Part shown: positions 20,465 through 28,471 of the stretch, in pieces
Numbering within the stretch: position 1 is the stretch's first letter
How the letters are laid out: every line of letters begins with the position of its first letter
Position numbers and translations under genes: made by a program
Notes under the pieces: generated by a model
The model's database searches: none
What the model saw: the letters and a program-made list of their open reading frames with translations, nothing else
Told to the model about the DNA's origin: nothing
Origin: Clostridium phage slur17
Sequence record: LN881738.1
Direction: 5' to 3' (one strand)
Length of the DNA: 41,318 nt

Positions 20465-21061
20465 CTAGTCTTCTTGTTTTCGCTTTGCTCTTTGTAATGT
20501 ACTCTTACTAATCCCTGTCATTCTCTCTACTTGCGTATAAGAATTAGTTTTTAATAACTCTAAAGCATGTTCCATTTGCATCTTAGTATATTTTTTAGGT
20601 CTACCTTCCCGGAAATTAGGATTTTGCTTTGCTATCTCCTTACCTGCAAAAGTTCGTTCTAAAATTAGATTCCTTTCCATTTCTGCAACTGCAAGCAAGG
20701 TTGTTATAAAAAACTTGCCAAGAGTAGTATTTTCTAAAAGCCCAACATTAAGCACATGAACAGAAATACCACTATCAAATAAATTTTGTATAAGATTAAT
20801 ACCTTCTGTTGCATTTCTTGCAAGTCTATCCAATTTAGTTACAACTAATTTATCACCATCACGCATTTGCTTAACCATTTCCTCAAAAATAGGTCTGTGC
20901 GTGGTTGACCCTGTATGTTGTTCCCTAAATATTTTAGCATCACTATAATGTCTTTTTATTTCCTGCTCCTGCTGTTCTAAACTATTATTATCAATTTGTA
21001 CTTTACTACTTACCCGACAATACCCAAATATCATAAAAATACACCCCTTACTTTTGACCAT
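20465..21061 (-). CDS. Serine recombinase (resolvase/invertase family)
   Basis: Motifs IFGYCRVSS (catalytic Ser), [29 protein letters not shown]-terminal HTH. The probable true start is the second Met at about 21034, which has SD AAGGGG nine nt upstream. Confidence 0.85.
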   Translation of the reverse strand: MVKSKGCIFMIFGYCRVSSKVQIDNNSLEQQEQEIKRHYSDAKIFREQHTGSTTHRPIFEEMVKQMRDGDKLVVTKLDRLARNATEGINLIQNLFDSGISVHVLNVGLLENTTLGKFFITTLLAVAEMERNLILERTFAGKEIAKQNPNFREGRPKKYTKMQMEHALELLKTNSYTQVERMTGISKSTLQRAKRKQED

Positions 21062-21087
21062 TAGTTATGACTACCTTCTATATGTTC

Positions 21088-21116
21088 ATTTTACTACATA
21101 ATCAAATCGTAGTCAA
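21088..21116 (-). promoter_or_regulatory. Sigma-A-type promoter upstream of the serine recombinase gene
   Basis: On the minus strand: -35 TTGACT (21111-21116), 17-nt spacer, -10 TAAAAT (21088-21093). Confidence 0.4.
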
Positions 21117-21498
21117 TACCGTACAGTTATGAATACGAGTGAATTTTTTTAAATGAATCAAAAGTACTTATAAGTATTGTCATTACTCTTGCAAAAGGGC
21201 GTAATTGAATTGTTTGCCTGTGAATTTTGTAGTTTTTATTGCATCAAACTCATTCTCTATTTTTCCATGTCCTTTAAGTTTTGTCCGTATGTCCTTAAGC
21301 TTCGTCATGGCCATTTTAATGTTAAATAGCTTCTATCCCAGTATTTATAATGGCTAACGCCTATTTTAACGAATATGGGGTTTTCTTAGAGAATCAGACA
21401 TTCACTTTTTACTTTTCCTACTTTATATATAGCGAAAAAAATACATTGAATATATAAGCCTTTATTTTTCCCACATTCAAAAAGACAAAATAAAAAAA

Positions 21499-22107
21499 TC
21501 ACCCTATTAGGTCATTTAAAAACATGCTATATTCTTGATATTGTTCTTCATTAAGACCTAGATATACCTTAGTTTCTTCTATACTAGAATGTCCAAGCAT
21601 TTCCTTAACTCTTATAATATCAAATCCACTTTCTTCGTATATGGTGTAAGCGTATGTTTTACGCATGCTATGCGCTGTTATATGCTTAAGTCCAAAGTAT
21701 CTACCTGCTTCTTTCAGTATCACTGTTACTCTCTCAACGCCTATATGCGGAGTAACAGATTTTTGCCTGGATGGGAACATATATTCATAGTCCTTTTTAT
21801 CTCGTATGTAGCTTTTGAGTACTCTTTCTAAATTAGGAACTATTGGAGCTTTTCTAGGCTTTTTATTTTTCTTTCTTATGTTCTTAGTCTTTTCTTTTTT
21901 ACTCTCCATTATTAAGAAATAACCTTCGTCTATTGCATTTCTAACGTCCCTTACCTGTAGTTTAACTAAATCCCCTGCCCTGTAGCCCGTAGCCACCCCT
22001 AAGACAAATAAAACATAATTTCTAACACTCTTTTCTTTTAAGTATTCTTGTATATTTAAGACCATACGTTTGTCTTTGACTGGGTTAGCTGGTTTCTTAC
22101 TACCCAC
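21499..22107 (-). CDS. Tyrosine recombinase, catalytic domain only (integrase remnant or Xer-like)
   Basis: 202 aa with catalytic-domain signatures ATGYRAGDL (Arg), HITAHSMRKTYA (H-x-x-R), LGHSSIEETKVYLGL (His and Tyr); the N-terminal core-binding domain is absent and the 177 bp upstream is non-coding. Confidence 0.75.
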   Translation of the reverse strand: MGSKKPANPVKDKRMVLNIQEYLKEKSVRNYVLFVLGVATGYRAGDLVKLQVRDVRNAIDEGYFLIMESKKEKTKNIRKKNKKPRKAPIVPNLERVLKSYIRDKKDYEYMFPSRQKSVTPHIGVERVTVILKEAGRYFGLKHITAHSMRKTYAYTIYEESGFDIIRVKEMLGHSSIEETKVYLGLNEEQYQEYSMFLNDLIG

Positions 22108-22284
22108 TTCTATTCACCTTCTCAACCCCCTTAAAATATTAATTTGCATTATAAAAAGCCCAACATTCCTGCCAGGCTTCAAATCTATATCTATTTAATT
22201 TTAAACTTCTTGATATTAATATTATACACTATATAAACGTAAAAGAGTGTTCTAACTTTGTCTTAAAAACCGTCTTTTTTTGTT

Positions 22285-22857
22285 CTATAAAAGACTTCCA
22301 CTTTCAAAAAGCATTTCGGCAAGTTCTTTCAATGCTTCCTTGTGTTTATAATGAACATTACTGCGACTACATTTAATCTTTGAGGCAATTTCTTCATTAG
22401 AAAGTTTACTTGCGCCATCATAAAAATACATAAATTTTATAATTTGTTGCTTCTCTTCTGTAAGTTCACTTATGTAAATATCCATTAGTCTCAATCTATA
22501 TTCTATAAAATCAATTTCACTTTCTTTAAATGATATTTTATCCTCATTATTCATAATCATTTCATCTATGCCCTTCGGGCTAGAATGTATTTTAAACCCT
22601 AGTTCATTGAAATTTATCTCTCTATAAAATTCTTTATCTTTTAAAAAATCTATCTCTTTTCTTAGAATATCTACTCTTCTTTTCTTATTTCCAAGTTCAA
22701 TTAAATATTCTTTGGTTTCTTCAACTAAGCAAGAACTTACGTTTTTTTCTTTGTCTTTTTTATACTTTCTTTCGCATGATTTACAGCAAAATCCGTTTTT
22801 TGACTCTGTAAAAAATGACTTACCGCACCATGAACAAATCCTTTTCTTTTTTGCCAT
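22285..22857 (-). CDS. Putative transcriptional regulator with zinc ribbon and sigma-70 region-4-like HTH
   Basis: N-terminal CSWCGK...CCKSCERK zinc ribbon; C-terminal SNEEIASKIKCSRSNVHYKHKEALKEL resembles a sigma region 4 HTH. Confidence 0.5.
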   Translation of the reverse strand: MAKKKRICSWCGKSFFTESKNGFCCKSCERKYKKDKEKNVSSCLVEETKEYLIELGNKKRRVDILRKEIDFLKDKEFYREINFNELGFKIHSSPKGIDEMIMNNEDKISFKESEIDFIEYRLRLMDIYISELTEEKQQIIKFMYFYDGASKLSNEEIASKIKCSRSNVHYKHKEALKELAEMLFESGSLL

Positions 22858-22868
22858 AAATTCACTTC

Positions 22869-23051
22869 CTATACCATCAATTTTTCTATAATTGTCTTTT
22901 TAATAATTTCAACATTTTCATATTCTTTTATCTTTTCATTTTTGCAAACTCTAGCATCTATTAAAGTGCTAAAACTTTCTTTATCCATTCTTAAAGTTCT
23001 TGAATTAAAATATATAACATTGTATTTAATATCTTTCTTCATTGCTAACAT
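22869..23051 (-). CDS. Hypothetical small protein
   Basis: 60-aa ORF co-oriented in the early operon; overlaps the upstream gene by 26 nt. Confidence 0.3.
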   Translation of the reverse strand: MLAMKKDIKYNVIYFNSRTLRMDKESFSTLIDARVCKNEKIKEYENVEIIKKTIIEKLMV

Positions 23052-23391
23052 CCTTTACATACCAGCCAGTTCTTGTAGGTCTTCCTCTCCGAATTACAGG
23101 GTACAAATCTTTAACATTTAAAAAATTTTCTGCTTCATCTATAGCCATTTCTTTTATTTCACCTGTTTTTGCATTTACAAGTCTTACCTTTTTACGTTCT
23201 TTTTTCTGATGCTCTCTAATTTTCAATGCACTACATGCCTTAGTAGAACTAGCCAAAACCTTTTTATTTCCATGAACTTTAACCGGTTTTATGCAACAAT
23301 ATAACGCTAAATAATTTTTAAAAGTTAGGTCATCTTCCATAAAATTCAGATTAACTGAACCACTAAAAATTTTTTCTACTTTTTTAATCAT
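23026..23391 (-). CDS. Hypothetical protein with AT-hook-like RRGRPTR motif
   Basis: 121-aa basic protein; GRP core near the C-terminus. Confidence 0.4.
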   Translation of the reverse strand: MIKKVEKIFSGSVNLNFMEDDLTFKNYLALYCCIKPVKVHGNKKVLASSTKACSALKIREHQKKERKKVRLVNAKTGEIKEMAIDEAENFLNVKDLYPVIRRGRPTRTGWYVKDVSNEERY

Positions 23392-23482
23392 TTAATCACC
23401 TACTTAAAAAGGTATATCGTCGTCTATAGCCTGGAAACCTTGCGGGTCTAAGCCTCCCGGCTCGAACTTACATTCTTTTTCA

Positions 23483-23815
23483 TTATCCTCTTTTTTTATA
23501 ATCTAAAAATTTAATTTTATTAGTATGAACTTTTGTATAAGTTCTTTTCTCGCCATCTTTTTCATAAAGATTAACCCTTATAGACCCTTCAACCGCTACT
23601 AACCTACCTTTATCTAAATTATTAGCACATACTTCTGCTAACTTCCCCATCACCTCAATAGGTATGAAATCAGTTTCCTTAGTTCCATCTTTTTTAACAT
23701 AATCTCTATCTACTGCTATTGTAAAAGTAGATACAGCTGTTCCAGAACCTGGTATATATTTCAATTCGGGGTCTCTTGTTAGTCTACCAATTAGTGTAGT
23801 GTTATTCATTTCCAA
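23483..23815 (-). CDS. ssb: Single-stranded DNA-binding protein
   Basis: 110 aa; N-terminal TLIGRLTRDPELKYIPGSGTAVSTFTIAV is the classic SSB OB-fold signature. Confidence 0.8.
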   Translation of the reverse strand: MEMNNTTLIGRLTRDPELKYIPGSGTAVSTFTIAVDRDYVKKDGTKETDFIPIEVMGKLAEVCANNLDKGRLVAVEGSIRVNLYEKDGEKRTYTKVHTNKIKFLDYKKRG

Positions 23816-24320
23816 CCTCCCCCCTTACAATTCTCACATTCTCTTAAATTAACTCTATATTCATATATACGACCAATAAAAAATGCAAATATAATCAAAA
23901 TTATCATTCCTAAAAAAATCATTATATTTCGTCATTCCTTTCATCTACTATAATGTCAAATCCACATTTACACTTTCTATGAAATGTATACTCATCAACG
24001 ATTAAACTTCCTTCACCTTCTCCAAGTTCATCACTTCCACATTTTGGACAAAAGCAATACATTGCCGATAGTTTTAAAACATTTTTCATTTTCATATTTA
24101 TATACCTCCATTCGTCATTTAAAAATTATTCCATTTCGCTTAATTCATCTACGCAATTTAAGCAGAAATACAGTGTAAAAACTAAACCTAGAGCCTCTTT
24201 TTCATACTGTACATGGTTATTTTCTTCTATATTTATTGTTCTTTCACAGCAACAACACTGCACAAATTCACTCATATTTAAGCACCTCATTTATTCCTAC
24301 AAGGAAATTATTCATTCAAC

Positions 24321-24632
24321 TTAACCCTTTTTTATAGGTATAGAATTAAGACATTTTTGCTTAATTCTAATGCTTTTAGTTCTGTTATAAATCGCTATCG
24401 CTTTCCTTGTTTCTTTATTTAAAATACAATCTATAAACAAGCTATATACATCTAATTCACTTTTATACTCTTTCAACTGTTCTTCTAAAATTTGAATCAA
24501 TTCTTCATTGTTACTCATAATACGCTCATAATACCTTATCTTATCGTCCCTTACTTTGTTTTCTTCTTTCAAACATTCAATATTTCTATCCACCTGCTCC
24601 TGGGAAACGATTAAGTATTTACCTATTTTCAT
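24321..24632 (-). CDS. Hypothetical protein
   Basis: 103-aa coiled-coil-rich ORF in the early operon. Confidence 0.4.
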   Translation of the reverse strand: MKIGKYLIVSQEQVDRNIECLKEENKVRDDKIRYYERIMSNNEELIQILEEQLKEYKSELDVYSLFIDCILNKETRKAIAIYNRTKSIRIKQKCLNSIPIKKG

Positions 24633-24848
24633 TGCCCAGCCTCCTGTTCCTTTTCCTCTCTTATTTTCTTAAGAGCTAACTCAATTAAATCTATTTTACT
24701 AAGATGAGGATTTTCTTCTTTTAATTCAAGAGCAACATTACCAACATATTCCCCACGTTCAATTGCTCCCATTTTCGTTATATCTTTATACAAAATAAAC
24801 ACTCCTTTTTAAAAGAGGCTGGTTATTTAGTCCAGCCTCTTCAATTTT

Positions 24849-25571
24849 TTATGCTATTATATCTATATTTTTAATACCTTCTAATTTCTTCTCTAAGTAC
24901 TCTTTTATATTTTTTATTGCTTCAAGTCTCCATGCTCCACCATCTGCTTCGATTAACTTAAATGCAATGCCCTCTTTTACTCTAAAGATAAATTCACTTT
25001 CGGGCTGGTCTACTTCCGCAAAAGTTCTGTAAGGTTTTAACTTAACTCTGTTAGGCAGGATTACATCCTCTACACTTGCTACACCTGTAGACATTGTGAC
25101 TACTTGTGATACTCCATCATCTTGCACAGTTTTTACACTTGTTTCTTTTACATTTCCGCTTACTTTTAAAAGCAGTTTCTTATCTTCTGTATCTACGAAA
25201 GAGGATTGCAACATAACGTTAAATTGCTCTGCATCAAGCGAACAATCGAAATTAACATGAGGTAATAAAGCTCTACTTTCAATGTAAATATCCCTCTTGC
25301 CACTTTCAAGTAGTTCAGAACACAATATAACACTTTTAGGGCTTTCAACTTGAACCATAAGTTTTCCACTTTTAAGCTTACTATCAATACTTGATTTTAT
25401 ATATCCTATTAAACCATCTAAAGTGCTTAGCCTAACTATTTCAGCTGGTCTAGGATGAACCTCAATCAAGGGGTCAGTCGTATACGTAACCCCATTGATT
25501 TCTCTTGTTTCTATTTTTCTTGCTCCAACTTCCATTACCCTGTTAAATAAATCTGTTAACATATTAAACAC
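24849..25571 (-). CDS. Hypothetical protein (possible replication/recombination function)
   Basis: 240 aa; same operon as SSB; no motif recognised. Confidence 0.45.
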   Translation of the reverse strand: MFNMLTDLFNRVMEVGARKIETREINGVTYTTDPLIEVHPRPAEIVRLSTLDGLIGYIKSSIDSKLKSGKLMVQVESPKSVILCSELLESGKRDIYIESRALLPHVNFDCSLDAEQFNVMLQSSFVDTEDKKLLLKVSGNVKETSVKTVQDDGVSQVVTMSTGVASVEDVILPNRVKLKPYRTFAEVDQPESEFIFRVKEGIAFKLIEADGGAWRLEAIKNIKEYLEKKLEGIKNIDIIA

Positions 25572-25584
25572 TCCTTTTTAGTTT

Positions 25585-25989
25585 TTATAAGTCTTTTAAA
25601 CTCTTAAATTTACGAACATTATCTTCTTCACTTTCTTTTACTTCTGTTTCTTCTGTTACACTTGTTTCTTTACTCTCCAAGTCGCCTAATTTTACTTGCC
25701 CCGGCAACTGGTTTCCATACTCATTTGCATTAACTTCTCCAGTTCTAAAATCCTTTTCAACTATAATGTCCGTTTCAGATGGTAAGACACTTGCGAGTTT
25801 TGGAATAACTTGTATTTGCGTATTAACATGAGAACGATTTTTACCTGGCTTTAGTGTAACCTTTACAGTCAAAGACCTTGTAGATGTCGCTGGTGTATTA
25901 GGGTCTTGTATGTTTTTAAATATCTCCATGAATCCATTTTCAATCTTTTCTTTTGTTTCTCCATTACACAATGTTTCTAAATTAATCAT
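25585..25989 (-). CDS. Hypothetical protein
   Basis: 134 aa with acidic C-terminus; early operon. Confidence 0.45.
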   Translation of the reverse strand: MINLETLCNGETKEKIENGFMEIFKNIQDPNTPATSTRSLTVKVTLKPGKNRSHVNTQIQVIPKLASVLPSETDIIVEKDFRTGEVNANEYGNQLPGQVKLGDLESKETSVTEETEVKESEEDNVRKFKSLKDL

Positions 25990-26063
25990 CTTTTTAAACC
26001 CCCCTTCTTTTTATTGACGGCTTACGCTGTTACTTTTTGTTTCTTTTCAACTAAAACAGGGAA

Positions 26064-26489
26064 TTACAGTAAGTCTGTTATTTCTAGCAAACAATTTGGG
26101 CATACATCTATACTTCCTAGTTGGTCAGAAACGGATTGATTGTTGTTATAATTTTCTAAAACTGGCATTGAGGTCAATTCTTCCGAACTGTCTACGATTG
26201 CCCCGCAATTATCACAATGTATCCTCCTTTTTAGTTTTGAACCCTCTTTTGTACCTTGTTCTATCGCCTTTGAAATTTGATTACCAATACCAAATTTTAA
26301 ACAAGTTTTTTCTGCTTCTGATACAATTCTCGCTTTACTATTTTTTAAAATTTCTAAAGTTTCTATAGCATCAATTTCTGAACATTCGCCACCTATGATA
26401 ACATCCATTAAATAGCTGTCTTTTGCTCCTATTACATCTTCATATTCAATGTACTCGTCGATAGTACTACATAAAATAACTTTTATCAT
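26064..26489 (-). CDS. Hypothetical protein with C-terminal zinc ribbon
   Basis: 141 aa; HCDNCG...CPNC motif. Confidence 0.45.
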   Translation of the reverse strand: MIKVILCSTIDEYIEYEDVIGAKDSYLMDVIIGGECSEIDAIETLEILKNSKARIVSEAEKTCLKFGIGNQISKAIEQGTKEGSKLKRRIHCDNCGAIVDSSEELTSMPVLENYNNNQSVSDQLGSIDVCPNCLLEITDLL

Positions 26490-26555
26490 TTTCCAGCCTC
26501 CTTATTTATTTTTTACTTTTTTTAATTGGTTTAGCGTAGCCGTCAAAGTACGCTT

Positions 26556-26738
26556 TTAACAAATAATTTGTTCTATTTCTTTTACTGCTTCATTTAGTTT
26601 ATTAACATCTAAAATATCATTCTCAACAATGTTTTCTATTGTCTTTGCATTTAAAATACAGTCAACTATTCTTTGCTTTTCCTCACTCATATCTAAGTAC
26701 AAAATTGCATTTCTTAAAATTCTTTCTTCTCTAGTCAT
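26556..26738 (-). CDS. Small early protein divergent from the XRE repressor (possible Cro-like or antirepressor role)
   Basis: 60-aa first ORF of the minus-strand early operon, back-to-back with the plus-strand XRE gene; no clear HTH. Confidence 0.35.
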   Translation of the reverse strand: MTREERILRNAILYLDMSEEKQRIVDCILNAKTIENIVENDILDVNKLNEAVKEIEQIIC

Positions 26739-26910
26739 AGAAACAACCTCCTGACTCCTATTGCGAATATATTTATATTATAGTGCGTAATAAGGGGCAA
26801 GTCAATAACTTTTACTAATTTATTTTCGCAAGACTACGCCCCAATGCGTTTTTTTGCGTTGACTTACGGGCAACTTTACTGTAAAATTAAGCTATGAAAG
26901 GAGTTTTAAA
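26739..26910. promoter_or_regulatory. Divergent promoter/operator region of the lysogeny switch
   Basis: 172-bp gap between divergent genes; GCAAGTCAA (around 26787) and its inverted counterpart TTGACTTAC (around 26863) are candidate operator half-sites; SD AAAGGAG precedes the XRE ATG. Confidence 0.4.
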
Positions 26911-27264
26911 ATGAATACTAGAATTAGAGACTTGCGAATTGCAGAGGGGCTATCTCAAATCGAATTTGGGAACAAGCTAGGAATGACTAGACACGAAATT
27001 TACAATCTTGAAAGTGGAAGAACACGAATAAAAGAAAGTGATTTAAAATTAATAACTTCAACATTTAAGGTAAACGAAAAATGGCTAAAAACAGGCGAAG
27101 GCGATATGTATACTTTTTCAAACAATAACTTAATAACAGCAGAAGTCTTATGCGCAATAGATAAGAATGAACGTCTTGCTAAAGCAATGTTAAAATTTAG
27201 CAAGTTAAATGACAAAGAATTAGAGGCAATGGAAAAGCTACTAGAATTATTTCAAAAAGAATAA
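26911..27264 (+). CDS. XRE-family HTH transcriptional regulator (CI-like repressor candidate)
   Basis: 117 aa; LRIAEGLSQIEFGNKLGMTRHEIYNLESGRT is a typical Cro/C1 HTH; the only plus-strand gene in this region. Confidence 0.85.
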   Translation: MNTRIRDLRIAEGLSQIEFGNKLGMTRHEIYNLESGRTRIKESDLKLITSTFKVNEKWLKTGEGDMYTFSNNNLITAEVLCAIDKNERLAKAMLKFSKLNDKELEAMEKLLELFQKE

Positions 27265-27266
27265 AA

Positions 27267-27296
27267 GGCTATCATCTTAAATTTGATAGTCTTTTC
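27267..27296 (+). terminator. Intrinsic terminator after the XRE gene
   Basis: 8-bp stem (27267-27274 / 27284-27291), 9-nt loop, then TTTT. Confidence 0.5.
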
Positions 27297-27694
27297 ATAT
27301 GTACATATTTATTTTTTAGTTTTTTGCTTTAAATACAGATAAATAATCTCTAATATATCCTTATCCCCTACTTTGTCCAACATTTCTTTTATTTCTTCTT
27401 TCAACCAAATCATCCCCCTATATGCAAGTAGAATAATACATTCTTAAAATTTGTAAAAAAATAACTTACAATTTTAATTATACCCCCTTTTGTTCGATAT
27501 TACAAGAGCACATGTACGATTTTTTGTCGCAATTAAACATTTATACTACAATAATAGTACCTTTTATCAAATTTTGCTAGTGGAAAATAATTCCAATTCA
27601 AAATACATTGAATTTTCTTACATTAGGAAAGTTCAGGGTCAATTTTTTTAACCTTGCGATTTTCCATTTGGTATAAGTTTTATATTTTCACATC

Positions 27695-27760
27695 AAAAAG
27701 TCACGCAAGTAGGAATATATATATATATATATATATTAAATCCTACTTGCGTGACTTTTT
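27695..27760. terminator. Bidirectional hairpin with (AT)n loop, copy 1
   Basis: 15-bp perfect stem GTCACGCAAGTAGGA (27700-27714) / TCCTACTTGCGTGAC (27741-27755) around a 26-nt AT-repeat loop; A5 before and T5 after. Confidence 0.55.
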
Positions 27761-27947
27761 GTTCTTAGATGCAAATTTCTAGTTGCTCTACTAACTCTAT
27801 TTCTTTTTCAATTTTAAATCCTATGTCAAATTCATTGTTTAAAAATGCCTTTTCAATTTCATCTAATTTACTCAATAACCTCTGTTTTCTAGTTTTTATA
27901 GCATTTCTTTAAATATTGTATGCTAATTATGTTTATTTTAATTGATG

Positions 27948-28005
27948 ACTCATTATCAAAAAGTCAGTCGACCTGGAATATATATATATATATATTCCAG
28001 GTCGA
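27948..28005. terminator. Bidirectional hairpin with (AT)n loop, copy 2
   Basis: 15-bp perfect stem GTCAGTCGACCTGGA (27953-27967) / TCCAGGTCGACTGAC (27986-28000) around an 18-nt (AT)9 loop; A5 before and T5 after; 70 bp downstream of the helicase operon's last gene. Confidence 0.55.
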
Positions 28006-28077
28006 CTGACTTTTTGTTTTTAGATGCAAATTTCTAATTGTTCTTTTGATTCTGTTTCTTTTTGATTAAATACAATT

Positions 28078-28425
28078 TTAATCAACTACAATTAATTCTG
28101 CCCCAGCTGGTAAATTAATTTTTATAAGTTCTAGTAAAAGTTGTTTTGAAAGCTCCTCCCTTAAATCCTGTTCTTGATATTGAAGTTCAAAAAAGTACTT
28201 ATCAACTTCTTCATCATAATAAAAATTATACTCATGATATGCCGAATTTTCTTCTAACAATTCTCTGTATCCAAGATTAATGCCTATAGGTATAAATTTA
28301 TCTTTATTTTTTATATCTTTTATGAAATTATCATAGTCATTAAAAGCTCGTATTAAAAGCTCTGAAAACTCATAACTCACACTCACTATATATTTATTTT
28401 TAACTTTAATATCTAATTCAAACAT
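28078..28425 (-). CDS. Hypothetical protein, second gene of the helicase operon
   Basis: 115-aa acidic protein 46 bp downstream of the helicase gene on the same strand. Confidence 0.5.
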   Translation of the reverse strand: MFELDIKVKNKYIVSVSYEFSELLIRAFNDYDNFIKDIKNKDKFIPIGINLGYRELLEENSAYHEYNFYYDEEVDKYFFELQYQEQDLREELSKQLLLELIKINLPAGAELIVVD

Positions 28426-28471
28426 CCTTTTTATCTCCTTATGTAAATATTTTTGAAATTTATTTTTGTCT

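Noticed and set aside
21589-21831. Plus-strand ORF inside the tyrosine recombinase gene
   Set aside because: Antisense to a gene with clear recombinase catalytic motifs.
23984-24178. Plus-strand 64-aa ORF
   Set aside because: Opposite to the uniformly minus-strand early operon; the minus strand here encodes a zinc-ribbon ORF with a good SD.
25193-27215. ORFs 25193-25387(-), 26096-26368(+), 27000-27215(-)
   Set aside because: Embedded in or antisense to larger co-oriented ORFs (the 240-aa protein, the 141-aa zinc-ribbon protein, the XRE repressor).
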